Assembly: GCA_041690395.1 (NCBI GenBank)
Contig: JAWLHJ010000005.1
Span: 256,001-320,000 of the forward strand
Reading direction: 5' to 3'
Length of the DNA: 64,000 nucleotides
From: Longimicrobiales bacterium
GTDB lineage: Bacteria; Gemmatimonadota; Gemmatimonadetes; Longimicrobiales; Gaopeijiaceae
The notes beneath the pieces are model-generated. The model was not told the DNA's origin, searched no databases, and worked only from the letters and a program-made list of their open reading frames with translations. The translations under genes were made by a program, and so were the position numbers. Every line of letters begins with the position of its first letter. Positions within the stretch are counted from its first letter, which is position 1. Below are positions 1-12,696 of this stretch, piece after piece.

Positions 1-2413
1 GGGAGACTCGATCATCGTCGGCGACGAGCTCACCTCCCTCGAGCAGGAGATGCTCAGGCTCGAGGGCGTGGAGCCGGATACGCTGCCCACGGCCGACGAG
101 GTACGGGTGGAGGGCGCGGTGCGGGGCGAGGCCGAGCTGTCGGGTCTGGTCACGGACCTCGCCGTCGATCTCCGGATGACGATGATCGGCGGCGCGTACG
201 GCCGGAACTCCGTGGACTCGATGGAGGTGGCCATGTCGGTGACCGGGCTACCGGCGACGACGGGGCCGTGGGAGGCGGACATCGACGCGACCGGGGTGCT
301 CTGGGAGGGTCGAACCATCCAGCAGCTCGCCGTGACCGGCTCGATGCAGGACCGCGCGGGCTCCGGCGCGCTCCGCATGACACGCCGTGAGAGCGAGAGC
401 TACGCGCTCGCGGGCGACTTCCAGCTCGACTCGCTGGGCGGCGAGGCGTATCTCACGCAGCTGGTCGCGAGCCTGGAGGAGCGTACCTGGTCGATGTCCC
501 GGCCCACCTCGATCTCGTGGACCGCGGACGCCCTCGGCGTCGAGGACCTCGAGGTGCTGCGGGAGGGTGACGACCCCATGCGGATGACGGCGGCGGGCAC
601 CCTCGCGCGGGAGGGCGAATCGGACTTCCGTCTCGACATCGACGGCCTCCACCTCGAGCGCCTCGGCGCCATGATCCGCAACGATCCGCTCGACATGGCG
701 GGGCATCTGGACCTGCGGCTCCATGTCCGGGGCCCGGCGCCCTCCCCCCTCATAGACGCCGAGTTGGAGATCGTGGATCCCCGGTTCCGCAACATGACGC
801 TCAGCCGCGTCGAGGGGACCATGTCCTATCGCGACCGCGGGGCCTCGATGGCAATCGAGGCATGGGACGGCGAGCGGCAGGCGCTCACCATATCCGGGAC
901 GGTGCCCGTCGACCTCTCCCTCGCGGAAGTGGCGTCCAGGCGGCTGGACGAGCCCATGGACCTCACTCTCGCGGCCGACTCTCTCGACGCGGGGCTCGTG
1001 CTCGCCTATTTCGACTCCCTCGACGACGTGGTCGGAGTGGTCTCCGCGGACGTCCGGCTGCGCGGCACGACGGCGGATCCGATCCCGAGCGGGGAGGTGC
1101 GGCTCGAGAACGGCGCATGGACGCTCGAAGCGCTCGGGGTGCGGCACCAGGACGTTTCCGGCACGCTGGACCTCCGTGAGGATCAGACCGTGACCGTCGA
1201 TCTCTCCACGACGGGTACCGGAACGTCCACGGTGGGCGGGACGATCCGCCTCTCCCCGCTCGACGACCCTACGCTCGATCTCACGGTGAGCTTCGACCGG
1301 TTCCGCGCCATGGAGCGACGGGACATCGAAGGGACGCTGAGTGGCGAGCTCGCGGTCACGGGGACGTACCGGCGCCCCCTCACCGAAGGGGCTCTCACGG
1401 TCGACGAGGGTCTGTTGCAGGTCGACGAGTTCTCGCGGGCCGCCGGCGTGGTGGATCTGAGCGATCCCCGCCTGTTCAGCCAGGGGCTCGCGGTCGATAC
1501 CACGGTCTTCATGTCGCAGCGTATCCTGGCCGACATCCGCAATCCCTTCCTCGACAACCTGCGGCTCAACGTCGACCTGTCCGTTCCGCGGAACACCTGG
1601 CTCCGCTCCAACGAGATGAACGTCGAGATGGGCGGTGATCTGCTCGTCCGCTACGACCGTAGCGCCGGTGACCTCGTGTTGATCGGCGAGCTCCAGGCGC
1701 TGCGAGGGACATACCTGGTCGTGGGTCGGACGTTCGAGGTCGACGAGGGGGCCGTCTCGTTCATCGGCCGACCGGGAATCAATCCGTCGCTCGACATCGC
1801 GGCCGTGAGCCGGTTCCGGACGTCGGAGGGGGGACAGGTATCCATCACGGCCACGGTCGACGGCACGCTCGTCCAACCCCGTGTGACGCTCACCTCGGAA
1901 AGCGGTGAGCTCTCGCAGTCGGACCTGATCTCGTACCTGGTCTTCAACCAGTCCGCAGCCGAGGTGGGGCGGGCGCAGCAGTCGTTCCTCGGCCAGGCGA
2001 CCGGCGGGGCGGCGGCCACGGCGCTCTCGGGGGCGGTGACTTACCTTGGCGGCTCCTTCGTGAACCAGTCCGGCGCGGCGATCGCTCAGGAGCTCAGCCT
2101 CGACTACGTGGCGGTCTCCTCCGGGCCCGCGTCGGCCGAATGGGCCGGGCTGCGATCCGCGCAGCTCGAGCTCGGACGGTATCTCGGCGATGACGTCTTC
2201 GCCGTGGTCACCTTCCGCCCGCTCATCGAGGAAGCCAGCCGTTTCGGGGGGGTGAGAGTCGAATGGGCGCTCACCGACGCGTACAACTTCGAGGCGTTCG
2301 TCGAGGACCGCTTCCTGAGGAGCGGCGTCGGCTTCCTGGCCATCCAGGACCTCGGGGGCGAACTCCTCTACGGCGTGCTCTTCGCGCGCGAGTGGAGCTA
2401 CAACGACGAGTAG
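1..2413 (+). CDS. tamB: Translocation/assembly module TamB (AsmA-like/DUF490) protein, 5'-truncated by window edge
   Basis: Frame open from position 2 to the stop at 2413. Long beta-rich repeats; C-terminal TamB-like signatures (GRTFEVDEG..F.G..INPSLDIAA, V.GTL..P.VTLTS, LSQSDLISYLVF, ELGRYL). Confidence 0.8.
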   Translation, partial: GDSIIVGDELTSLEQEMLRLEGVEPDTLPTADEVRVEGAVRGEAELSGLVTDLAVDLRMTMIGGAYGRNSVDSMEVAMSVTGLPATTGPWEADIDATGVLWEGRTIQQLAVTGSMQDRAGSGALRMTRRESESYALAGDFQLDSLGGEAYLTQLVASLEERTWSMSRPTSISWTADALGVEDLEVLREGDDPMRMTAAGTLAREGESDFRLDIDGLHLERLGAMIRNDPLDMAGHLDLRLHVRGPAPSPLIDAELEIVDPRFRNMTLSRVEGTMSYRDRGASMAIEAWDGERQALTISGTVPVDLSLAEVASRRLDEPMDLTLAADSLDAGLVLAYFDSLDDVVGVVSADVRLRGTTADPIPSGEVRLENGAWTLEALGVRHQDVSGTLDLREDQTVTVDLSTTGTGTSTVGGTIRLSPLDDPTLDLTVSFDRFRAMERRDIEGTLSGELAVTGTYRRPLTEGALTVDEGLLQVDEFSRAAGVVDLSDPRLFSQGLAVDTTVFMSQRILADIRNPFLDNLRLNVDLSVPRNTWLRSNEMNVEMGGDLLVRYDRSAGDLVLIGELQALRGTYLVVGRTFEVDEGAVSFIGRPGINPSLDIAAVSRFRTSEGGQVSITATVDGTLVQPRVTLTSESGELSQSDLISYLVFNQSAAEVGRAQQSFLGQATGGAAATALSGAVTYLGGSFVNQSGAAIAQELSLDYVAVSSGPASAEWAGLRSAQLELGRYLGDDVFAVVTFRPLIEEASRFGGVRVEWALTDAYNFEAFVEDRFLRSGVGFLAIQDLGGELLYGVLFAREWSYNDE

Positions 2414-2415
2414 CC

Positions 2416-2442
2416 GCAACCCTCCGGCCGTTCCCGGTGTAA
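2416..2442 (+). promoter_or_regulatory. Candidate ECF (SigW-like) promoter GCAACC-N16-TGTAA upstream of htpX
   Basis: Visual match to an AAC-N16-(C/T)GTA pattern; a similar motif lies upstream of the cesT-pspA pair. Confidence 0.3.
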
Positions 2443-2494
2443 TCAGGGGTCCCAACAAACAACGTCGATCTTCCGATCGTGGAGTCGTCCAGAT

Positions 2495-3346
2495 ATGCAG
2501 ATGATCAAGGTCTTCGGGCTGATGACCGGGCTGACGCTGTTGCTCGTGTTCGCCGGGTCGTATTTCGGAGGCACGAACGGCGCAGTGCTGTTCTTCGTCA
2601 TCGCCGCCGTCATGAACTTCGGGATGTACTGGTTCAGCGATAAGGCCGTGCTGAAGATGTACAAGGCGCGCATCATCGGGCCGGAAGACGCCCCGGAGCT
2701 GTACGAGATGGTCGACCGGCTCCGGCAGCGGGCCGACCTGCCCATGCCGGTCGTGGCGATCGCCCCGCAGCAGCAGCCGAACGCGTTCGCCACGGGCCGG
2801 AGTCCGTCGCACGCGGTGGTGTGCGTCACCGCGGGCATCCTCCAGTCGCTGAACCGGCGTGAGCTCGAGGGCGTGATTGCGCACGAATTGGCCCACATCG
2901 ACCACCGGCACATGCTCGTGGGCACCATCGCGGCCACCATGGCCGGTGCCATCGCCATGCTCGGCAGCATCGTGCGTTGGGGGATGATCTTCGGCGGCTT
3001 CGGGGGACGGGACGACGGCGATCAGAATCCGATCGCGCTCCTGGTCATGGCGCTCGTCGCGCCGATCGCGGCCGCCATCGTGCAGATGGCCATCAGCCGG
3101 CAGAACGAGTTCCAGGCCGACGCGAGCGCCGCGCGCATCACGGGCGACCCGGGTGGTCTGGCGAGCGCGCTCCGCTCGCTCGAGAACACGTCGCGGCGGG
3201 TGCCGATGGACGTGAATCCGGCGGCGGCCCAGCTGGCGATCGTGAACCCGCTCGCCGGCGCGCGCGGTCAGGCCTTCCTCGGTCTCTTCCGGACGCACCC
3301 TCCCACCGAGGCGCGCATCGAGCGCCTCCAGACCCTCGCGATCTGA
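2495..3346 (+). CDS. htpX: Zinc metalloprotease HtpX (M48)
   Basis: N-terminal TM helices, [13 protein letters not shown] zincin motif, [15 protein letters not shown]. Confidence 0.95.
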   Translation: MQMIKVFGLMTGLTLLLVFAGSYFGGTNGAVLFFVIAAVMNFGMYWFSDKAVLKMYKARIIGPEDAPELYEMVDRLRQRADLPMPVVAIAPQQQPNAFATGRSPSHAVVCVTAGILQSLNRRELEGVIAHELAHIDHRHMLVGTIAATMAGAIAMLGSIVRWGMIFGGFGGRDDGDQNPIALLVMALVAPIAAAIVQMAISRQNEFQADASAARITGDPGGLASALRSLENTSRRVPMDVNPAAAQLAIVNPLAGARGQAFLGLFRTHPPTEARIERLQTLAI

Positions 3347-3350
3347 GCGA

Positions 3351-3387
3351 CCGGGGCGCCCCATCCTACCCGGGTGGGGCGCCCCGG
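3351..3387 (+). terminator. 16-bp GC-rich stem-loop after htpX
   Basis: ccggggcgccccatcc / gggtggggcgccccgg inverted repeat directly after the stop; weak U-tract. Confidence 0.6.
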
Positions 3388-3426
3388 ATTGAGCCGCACT
3401 CGCCGGCTTCGTTAGTTTTGCAGGCT

Positions 3427-6351
<2,925 letters not shown>

Positions 6352-6373
6352 CCGCTGCTGGAGCGTCGTGCGC

Positions 6374-7477
6374 TCAACCGATCTCCTCGAAGTTGAGCGA
6401 GATGGTTTCGGTAGGCACCTCGTCCGCGCTGTCCCCGGGTGTGTAGGAGATCACCCCGCGCTTCAGGGTCAGGTTGTGGTAGCGGGGCGCCGCCGTGCCC
6501 TCGTCCTTGCGGAGGTAGACGACGATCTCGGCGAATACGGTCCCGGCGGCGGCTGCGTCCTCCAGGGCGCGGGAGGCTGTGTCCGTCTTCTTCGTGATGG
6601 TCAAGTCCTTGAAACTGGCCTTACCCGCGCCGCCCCCCGCGGTGACGTTCACCGTGGTGCCCCAGCTGAAGCTCTCGATTTCGATGTGACCTTCGTGCCC
6701 CGCCTCCTCGGACTCGCCGTCGATGTCCGGGATCTTTATGAAGACGTCCACGGGCTGGGGCTGAGGGTCCGGGTCGGGGACGGACAGATCCAGAAAGGCG
6801 ACAATGCCGTCCATGGGGATGGACGCGTCGGCGGTGCCGACCTCGGGCTCCAGGCCCGGCAGCGACCACGTCACGCCCTGGAAGGTGAACGTCACTTGCT
6901 CCTGGTCCGGCGCGGCGCCGGGCGTGCTCGACGACGGCTCGATCGAGCTCACCAATACGTCCGTGAGCTGGACCTGCATGTACTCCTCCCCGTCGGCGTC
7001 ACTCCGTCGTACCGCCAGGTCCATCTCCGCGATGGCCGTGCCCTGCTGCATCACGTGGGTGAGCTCGTGGCTCGCCAGGTCGTTGCCCTTGGTCAGGACG
7101 ATCTCGCCCAGGCGGGCCACCGCCGCGAGCTGACCGTCGTCTCCGGGCGCCACCTCCACCTCGATGGTCCAGTCGATGCTGAGGATGTCGATCTCGTCCT
7201 CGTGGTCGGCGTCCTGGGACTCGCCCGGGATGTCGGGGATCTTCAGGAAGACGTCCACCGCCGCTTCGGTGCCGGGGCCGCCGCCGCTCAGGTCCAGGAA
7301 GCCCGCCAGCGCGCCCATGGGCGTGGAGGAGGCGTAGTCGCGAACCGGCGCCTGCTCTTCTTCCTGCTCCTGCTCTTCAGGGTCCTGCGTTCCCGTCGGG
7401 CCAGGAGAGTCTCCGCAGCCGGCGAGGAGAAGGATGCCCAGCAGGGCGAGGGCCGTGGGAGCGAGGCGTCCGTTCAT
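6374..7477 (-). CDS. Lipoprotein with two tandem Hcp/TssD-like (T6SS tube) domains
   Basis: Signal MNGRLAPTALALLGILLLAG-C (lipobox LAGC) with GGAG upstream. Two copies of the Hcp1-family N-terminus (VDVFLKIPDIPGESQDADHEDEIDILSIDW; VDVFIKIPDIDGESEEAGHEGHIEIESFSWG), plus F.DL.ITK..D.AS and E.ISLNF motifs. Confidence 0.85.
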   Translation of the reverse strand: MNGRLAPTALALLGILLLAGCGDSPGPTGTQDPEEQEQEEEQAPVRDYASSTPMGALAGFLDLSGGGPGTEAAVDVFLKIPDIPGESQDADHEDEIDILSIDWTIEVEVAPGDDGQLAAVARLGEIVLTKGNDLASHELTHVMQQGTAIAEMDLAVRRSDADGEEYMQVQLTDVLVSSIEPSSSTPGAAPDQEQVTFTFQGVTWSLPGLEPEVGTADASIPMDGIVAFLDLSVPDPDPQPQPVDVFIKIPDIDGESEEAGHEGHIEIESFSWGTTVNVTAGGGAGKASFKDLTITKKTDTASRALEDAAAAGTVFAEIVVYLRKDEGTAAPRYHNLTLKRGVISYTPGDSADEVPTETISLNFEEIG

Positions 7478-7587
7478 CAGTCCGACTCCGAGCGGAGGTT
7501 GCGCGTGCCCTGAACTGCCGGGCTGTTCAAAGCTAGGCCCCGAGGATCGGGCCGGGCCAGTGAAAAAGCTCGCCGCGTCCGCCGCGC

Positions 7588-10038
7588 TCACCCATCCGGG
7601 GAGAGGGCGTCCGTCACGGCCCGCACCAGAGCCTCCGCGGCGAACGGCTTGTGCAGGAAATGCGCGCCCTGGAGCACCTCCGGGGGCACGATCTCGTCGC
7701 CGGCGTAGCCGGACATGAGCACGACGGGGAGCGCGCGGTGCTCGGAGCGTAGCTGCTGCACCAGCTCGGGCCCCGACAGGAGCGGCATCACGACGTCGCT
7801 CACGAGGATGTCGGGCGGCGCCTCCTCGGCCACACGGAGGGCCTCCTCGCCGTTGGATGCCGTCCTCACCCGTGCACCGGCGCGCGTCAGCACCTTTTCG
7901 AGCACGGTGCGGAGGTGCGCCTGGTCTTCCACCAAAAGGACCTGGATGCCGTCGAGCCGTCTCCCCGGAGACCGGGCGGCCTGCGCATCGGCCGCACGGG
8001 CGGCGCCCCTGCTCGCCGGAAGAGTGACGGTGAAGGTGCTGCCGACGCCCTCCGCGCTGTCGACGGAGACCGAGCCCCCCAGTCCTTCGGCCAGCAGCCG
8101 TACGGTGTTGAGACCGATGCCCGTCCCGTGCTGCTTGGTCGTGTAGAAGGGCTCGAAGATGCTCCCGAGTGCCGATCGGGGGATCCCCGTTCCGTCGTCG
8201 GACACGGAGAGCTCGACCCGATCTTCAGCTTGCGCGCTCCCCACGCGCACATGGACGGTCCCGGTGCGGCCCGCTTCCTCGAGTGCGTCGCGCGCGTTGA
8301 CGATCAGGTTCATCACGACCTGTTCGAACTGGTGCGGCGGCATGACGACGTCGGGGGCCTCGTCGTCCAGCTCGAAGGCGAGCTCGCAGGCCGATCCGAC
8401 CAGGCGCCTCAGGATCGGGGCCATCTCGGTGACCGCGATGGACGGGTTGAACGCTTTCGCCTCTTCGGTGGACCGGCGGGTGAAGTCGAGGAGCCGCCGG
8501 ATGAGCCCCGCGGCACGGTGGCTCGTCTGGGTGAGGAGCTCGAGGTCGGCGAGGGCCGTCGGGTGGTCTTCCAACTCGTCCCGGAGGAGGTCGGTCTGGA
8601 CGTCGATCACCGCGAGCAGGTTGTTGAAGTCGTGCGCGATGCCGCCGGAGATCCGGCCGACGACCTCCATCTTCTGCGCTTCCGCGAGCTGAGCCTGAAG
8701 CAGGAGCCGCTCGCTGATGTCTCGCACGATGGCCGTGCTCCGCAGTCCGCCCTCCGGATCCTCGTAAACGCTACTGCTGACCTCGCACGGAACCCGCCGT
8801 CCGGAGCTGTGGAGCCAGGTCAGCTCCCCGGAGAACGATCCGTCGGAGCGGCGCTCGTCCAGCGCGGCCTTCCAACGTGGGTCGTCGGGGTCCTGTACGA
8901 GTTCACGCCCCCCCGCGATCAACTCGGCTTCGGTGTATCCCAGGATGCGGCACGCGGCCGGGTTCGCGGCGAGGATCCGGCCCGACGGCTTGCCCAGGAT
9001 GATGCCGTCCAGAGCCTCGACGAAGAGCTCGCGGTATCGATCCTCGGCCTCCGCGATGAGCAGCTCGCGGAGCCGCTGTGCGTCGTGCTGCGACGACAAC
9101 GCGCCCGCGACGCTCTGGGCGAACGACCGGTATGCGGCGTCCCAGGGAAGGCTCGGGGAGAGACCGAGTAGAAGGACTCCCGCCTCGTCGCGCTCCCCTG
9201 AAGGCGAGCCGTCGTGGCCGAGCGGGGCGATCGCCACGTGGGTGGCCGTCACGCCTTCCTCCAGCGCCACGCCGCCGAGCTCGGCCAGCGGGACCCTCCG
9301 GACCTCGCCCACGGCTGCCCCGCGGTCCGACCGCAACCCCTCCGCGACGGCCCCGGCTGCACGGATACCGTCCTCGTCGAGGCGCACGCCGGCGGCGGAG
9401 ACCAGTGTCCGGTGACCCTCCTCCCCCGGGAGCAGGACCGCGTGCATCGGCGCATCCGCGGATCCCACCAACGCCTCGCAGGAGCGCCGAACGCCGTCCA
9501 GGGGATGCATGGGCTCCCTGTGCTGACCGAGCTGTTGGAGCGTGCGCCCCCGCCGCACGGCGAGCACCTGGGCCGTGGTGTCGACGGCCGTCGATAGCAA
9601 CCCGACGACATTCCCCCGCAGGTCCCGCAGCGGAGAGTAGGAGAAGGTGAAGTAGCAATCCTCCAGGAACCCGTGCTTGTCGAGGGGAAGGAGCTCGTTT
9701 TCCCTCCGGATCGCGGTGCCGGTCCGGTAGACGTCTTGGAGGAGGGGGCCGACATGATCCCAGAGCTCGCCGAACACCTCGTGCACCGGCTCCCAGAGGA
9801 CCGGATGCTTGCCGCCGAGGATGGGGATGTAGCCGTCGTTGTAGACGATTCTGAACTCGGGTCCCAGCCCGAGCATCATGGGAATCCGTGCATCCAGCGC
9901 CAGGTTGACCGCGGCCAGGAACTCGACGGGCCACGCCTCGGGCGGACCCACTTCGGTGGCCGACCAGTCGAAGGCGTTCAGGCGGCGCGGCATCTCGCCG
10001 GGCTGCCGAAAGCTGACGTGGTCCCTCGAGCTGGACAT
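7588..10038 (-). CDS. Hybrid PAS sensor histidine kinase / response regulator
   Basis: N-terminal FDW..T..GP...WP PAS-like domain, second PAS, H-box GGIAHDFNNLL, N-box NLIVNARDA, G-boxes DDGTG/GTGIGL, C-terminal receiver (LLVED, SDVVMP, KP). Confidence 0.93.
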   Translation of the reverse strand: MSSSRDHVSFRQPGEMPRRLNAFDWSATEVGPPEAWPVEFLAAVNLALDARIPMMLGLGPEFRIVYNDGYIPILGGKHPVLWEPVHEVFGELWDHVGPLLQDVYRTGTAIRRENELLPLDKHGFLEDCYFTFSYSPLRDLRGNVVGLLSTAVDTTAQVLAVRRGRTLQQLGQHREPMHPLDGVRRSCEALVGSADAPMHAVLLPGEEGHRTLVSAAGVRLDEDGIRAAGAVAEGLRSDRGAAVGEVRRVPLAELGGVALEEGVTATHVAIAPLGHDGSPSGERDEAGVLLLGLSPSLPWDAAYRSFAQSVAGALSSQHDAQRLRELLIAEAEDRYRELFVEALDGIILGKPSGRILAANPAACRILGYTEAELIAGGRELVQDPDDPRWKAALDERRSDGSFSGELTWLHSSGRRVPCEVSSSVYEDPEGGLRSTAIVRDISERLLLQAQLAEAQKMEVVGRISGGIAHDFNNLLAVIDVQTDLLRDELEDHPTALADLELLTQTSHRAAGLIRRLLDFTRRSTEEAKAFNPSIAVTEMAPILRRLVGSACELAFELDDEAPDVVMPPHQFEQVVMNLIVNARDALEEAGRTGTVHVRVGSAQAEDRVELSVSDDGTGIPRSALGSIFEPFYTTKQHGTGIGLNTVRLLAEGLGGSVSVDSAEGVGSTFTVTLPASRGAARAADAQAARSPGRRLDGIQVLLVEDQAHLRTVLEKVLTRAGARVRTASNGEEALRVAEEAPPDILVSDVVMPLLSGPELVQQLRSEHRALPVVLMSGYAGDEIVPPEVLQGAHFLHKPFAAEALVRAVTDALSPDG

Positions 10039-10137
10039 CGTGGACGACCCGGCGTGCGGGGGGAGGTTCGTCGGAGTAGGAAGATTACCGCCGACAGTCC
10101 GTCGCGCGCCAACCGCATCGCTGCTGTTCGCGTCCGC

Positions 10138-12450
10138 TCAGTTCCTCCACCCTTCCGTCCTGGTCTCGGCCAGCACCGCCTCGAAGGGGTTGAACTCGAG
10201 GCGGTCGGGTACGCGCGGCATCGCGGGCAGCGTCACTTCAGTGACCGGACCTGTGACTTCCACACGGACCATCGCCGATCCCTCCTCCCCGAAGTCGACC
10301 AGGATGGGGACGAACATCCGGAAGTCATCGGGAACGTGCTCCTGACGGATGCGGGCGTGGGCCAGCACGGAGCCGTCGTCCAGCTCTTCGTAGTCGTGCG
10401 AGAACGCGTAGGTCGGAATGTCCGACCCGTACACCCAAGCGTCGAAGAACCACTGCATGGACCCTCCGAGCGCCTCTTCGACGGCGTTCTGGAAGCTCTG
10501 CGTCGTCGCGGTGCGTCCCAGGTGACCGTTGTAGAATGACCGCATCATGCCGGTGAAGAGGGAGTCGCTGCCCGTGTCGGTGTCGGTCATGAGCGTGCGC
10601 AGCATGTGCAGCACCCAAGCGCCTTTGTGGTACACCGTCATCTGGTAGTCTCCAGGATTCTCCGAGGTCGCCGACCGGGTACCGAGCGCGATGGGGGGCG
10701 ACTCGCCGCGGCGATCGAGCAGGTCCTCCCGGGTCTCCTTCAGCCGCTCGAGGTACATGTCGATGGAGCCCCTCGCTCTGGCCGCGTACCACCATCCGGA
10801 GAACTCCGAGAAGCCCTCGGCCAGCCACCAGTCCCGGTACGTCGCCGGCCGAACGCCGATGCCCCACCACTGATGGGCGACCTCGTGGGCCCGGAACATC
10901 TCGTCGAAGCCTTTCTCGCTGGTCCACTGGAACGTGTTCCACGCGAGCATCACGAGCCCGGGATACGCTTCTCCGTGGCTGTATGGGATCTCCGTGGCGA
11001 CGAAGCTCCGGACCGTCGTGGGACCGTAGACGCCGTTGAAGAAGGTGAAGCTGTTCCGCAGGTCGTGGGCGACCATGTCGGCCATGTCCCGCTGCTCGAG
11101 AAGGTATCCCCCGGCCTCGGCGACCATGCCTCCCAGCCGCCGGTGGGCCCGCTCGTTGATGAGCACGGTCAGCTCGGGGTCGTCGGGGTAGAGGGCCTCG
11201 GCCTCGAGCGCGTCGAACTCTCCGATATTGAACGTGACGGCCCGGACCGCGGGCGTCTCGAAGACCGACGTCGTCCGCCCCTCCGCGGTCTCGACGTGCG
11301 TGCGCTCCCCGACCGTCGTGACCACGTAGTCGTCGGGCGCGTGGAAGGTGAGCGTGTACGGAATGGGCCGGCCATGCTCGTAGACCGGGTACCAGGTGGT
11401 GTGCGACCACAATCGCACCCAGAGGTTCTCCGGGCGGTCCATCATCTCGCCGGAGTAGTGGACGGCGAGCGAGGCCGTATCCGAGGGCATGGAGCGGAGG
11501 TCCACCCACAGGTCCGCGCGGTCGTCCGGACGATAGAACGGCACCGCCGACCCATCGGACCAGCGCACGGAGTCCACGTCCAGGCCGGAGTAGAGCTGGA
11601 ACGGCACCCAGTCGTACGCGAGCTGCCTCCGGAACAGGGTGACCTCGGCGCGCCCGACGACGTCGAGGTCTTCGTCGATCTCGATCTCGATGTCGTACGC
11701 CGTGATCGTGACGATGTCGAGGGCCTCTTGCGGGAGGCTGCGCCCCGATTCGTAGTCGAGCCGCCGGTGGAAGCGGCTCATGACCTCGCGCCGCTTGTCG
11801 CGCCCGGCTCGCTGGTGCAACCCGATCTCTTCCGCCTCGAGGAGATCGATCGTGAACATGAGAGGGTCGTCGCGGCGTTCGGAGAAGTGAGCGTAGAAGA
11901 ATCCCGGGGCCCCGTTGACGAGCGGTAGCGTGACCGTGCGATCGATCCAACCGTCGTCGCCCGCCAGGTAAGCGGACGCCTCGGCGACTTCGTCGCGTGC
12001 GTCGCGGGACGGCTCGAGCGGGACCCAGCCTCCGCTCGGCTCCAGCTCCGTCAGCGTGAGGTCGTTGAACAGGAAGACCGCGTTCCTGAAGGGCACGGGC
12101 TCCTCGACGGAGACATCGAAGGCCCGAGACACGTGGGCCGCCTCGAGCGGATCGGGGACCGCCACCTCGAAGCGTCCTTCGCCGGAGAACACGGCGCCGT
12201 AGGTGCGTCCGTCGAAGTCCGGGAGGAGGTGCAGGGTGCCGCGGTCCAGGTGGAAGCGGGCGGCGTCACGCTCCAGGACCAGGCCTTCGACGGCGGCGCC
12301 GCGGTCCGGGTCGGGGCGAAGGTTCCGGAGCGCCTGGTGCCAGGCGACGAGCTGACTCGAGTCGGCCGCGGGATCCACGCGGTGGCGTTCGGGGGTGGCG
12401 AACCCGAGGGCGGTGGCCACCAGGGTCGATACCCAGAGCATAGCCGTCAT
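10138..12450 (-). CDS. Secreted M1-family (gluzincin) metallo-aminopeptidase
   Basis: HEVAHQWWG...WLAEG (HExxH-18-E), YHKGAWVLHMLR; N-terminal signal peptide; AGGAG RBS before ATG 12450. Confidence 0.88.
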   Translation of the reverse strand: MTAMLWVSTLVATALGFATPERHRVDPAADSSQLVAWHQALRNLRPDPDRGAAVEGLVLERDAARFHLDRGTLHLLPDFDGRTYGAVFSGEGRFEVAVPDPLEAAHVSRAFDVSVEEPVPFRNAVFLFNDLTLTELEPSGGWVPLEPSRDARDEVAEASAYLAGDDGWIDRTVTLPLVNGAPGFFYAHFSERRDDPLMFTIDLLEAEEIGLHQRAGRDKRREVMSRFHRRLDYESGRSLPQEALDIVTITAYDIEIEIDEDLDVVGRAEVTLFRRQLAYDWVPFQLYSGLDVDSVRWSDGSAVPFYRPDDRADLWVDLRSMPSDTASLAVHYSGEMMDRPENLWVRLWSHTTWYPVYEHGRPIPYTLTFHAPDDYVVTTVGERTHVETAEGRTTSVFETPAVRAVTFNIGEFDALEAEALYPDDPELTVLINERAHRRLGGMVAEAGGYLLEQRDMADMVAHDLRNSFTFFNGVYGPTTVRSFVATEIPYSHGEAYPGLVMLAWNTFQWTSEKGFDEMFRAHEVAHQWWGIGVRPATYRDWWLAEGFSEFSGWWYAARARGSIDMYLERLKETREDLLDRRGESPPIALGTRSATSENPGDYQMTVYHKGAWVLHMLRTLMTDTDTGSDSLFTGMMRSFYNGHLGRTATTQSFQNAVEEALGGSMQWFFDAWVYGSDIPTYAFSHDYEELDDGSVLAHARIRQEHVPDDFRMFVPILVDFGEEGSAMVRVEVTGPVTEVTLPAMPRVPDRLEFNPFEAVLAETRTEGWRN

Positions 12451-12619
12451 GAGGACTCCTTTCGACAGTCGCGCATGTGCCGATGCCACCAGAGTAGGGT
12501 GCGAGCCACGCGTCGGCCATGGTGGGCGGCCCCCCGGCGGGGCGGCGGCCACGCCGTGCGACCCGGGCCGGGACCGCTTACCTTATCGCATGCTCGCCGG
12601 CCCGGCGGGCCCGCGCGAA

Positions 12620-12646
12620 GAAACCCGCCCACCCCCCGGGACGTAG
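12620..12646 (+). promoter_or_regulatory. Candidate ECF (SigW-like) promoter GAAACC-N16-CGTAG upstream of cesT-like/pspA
   Basis: Close to the SigW-type TGAAAC-N16-CGTA consensus, about 50 nt before ATG 12697. Confidence 0.45.
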
Positions 12647-12696
12647 GGGGACGAGATGGAAAGGGCCGATACGCGGACACAGCCAATGGAGAGCGC

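Noticed and set aside
2977..3426. N-terminal extension of UvrA; similar extensions on ORFs at 12133, 18423, 27518, 37609 and 49691
   Set aside because: They overlap neighbouring genes, are Arg/Pro-rich junk, and better starts exist downstream.
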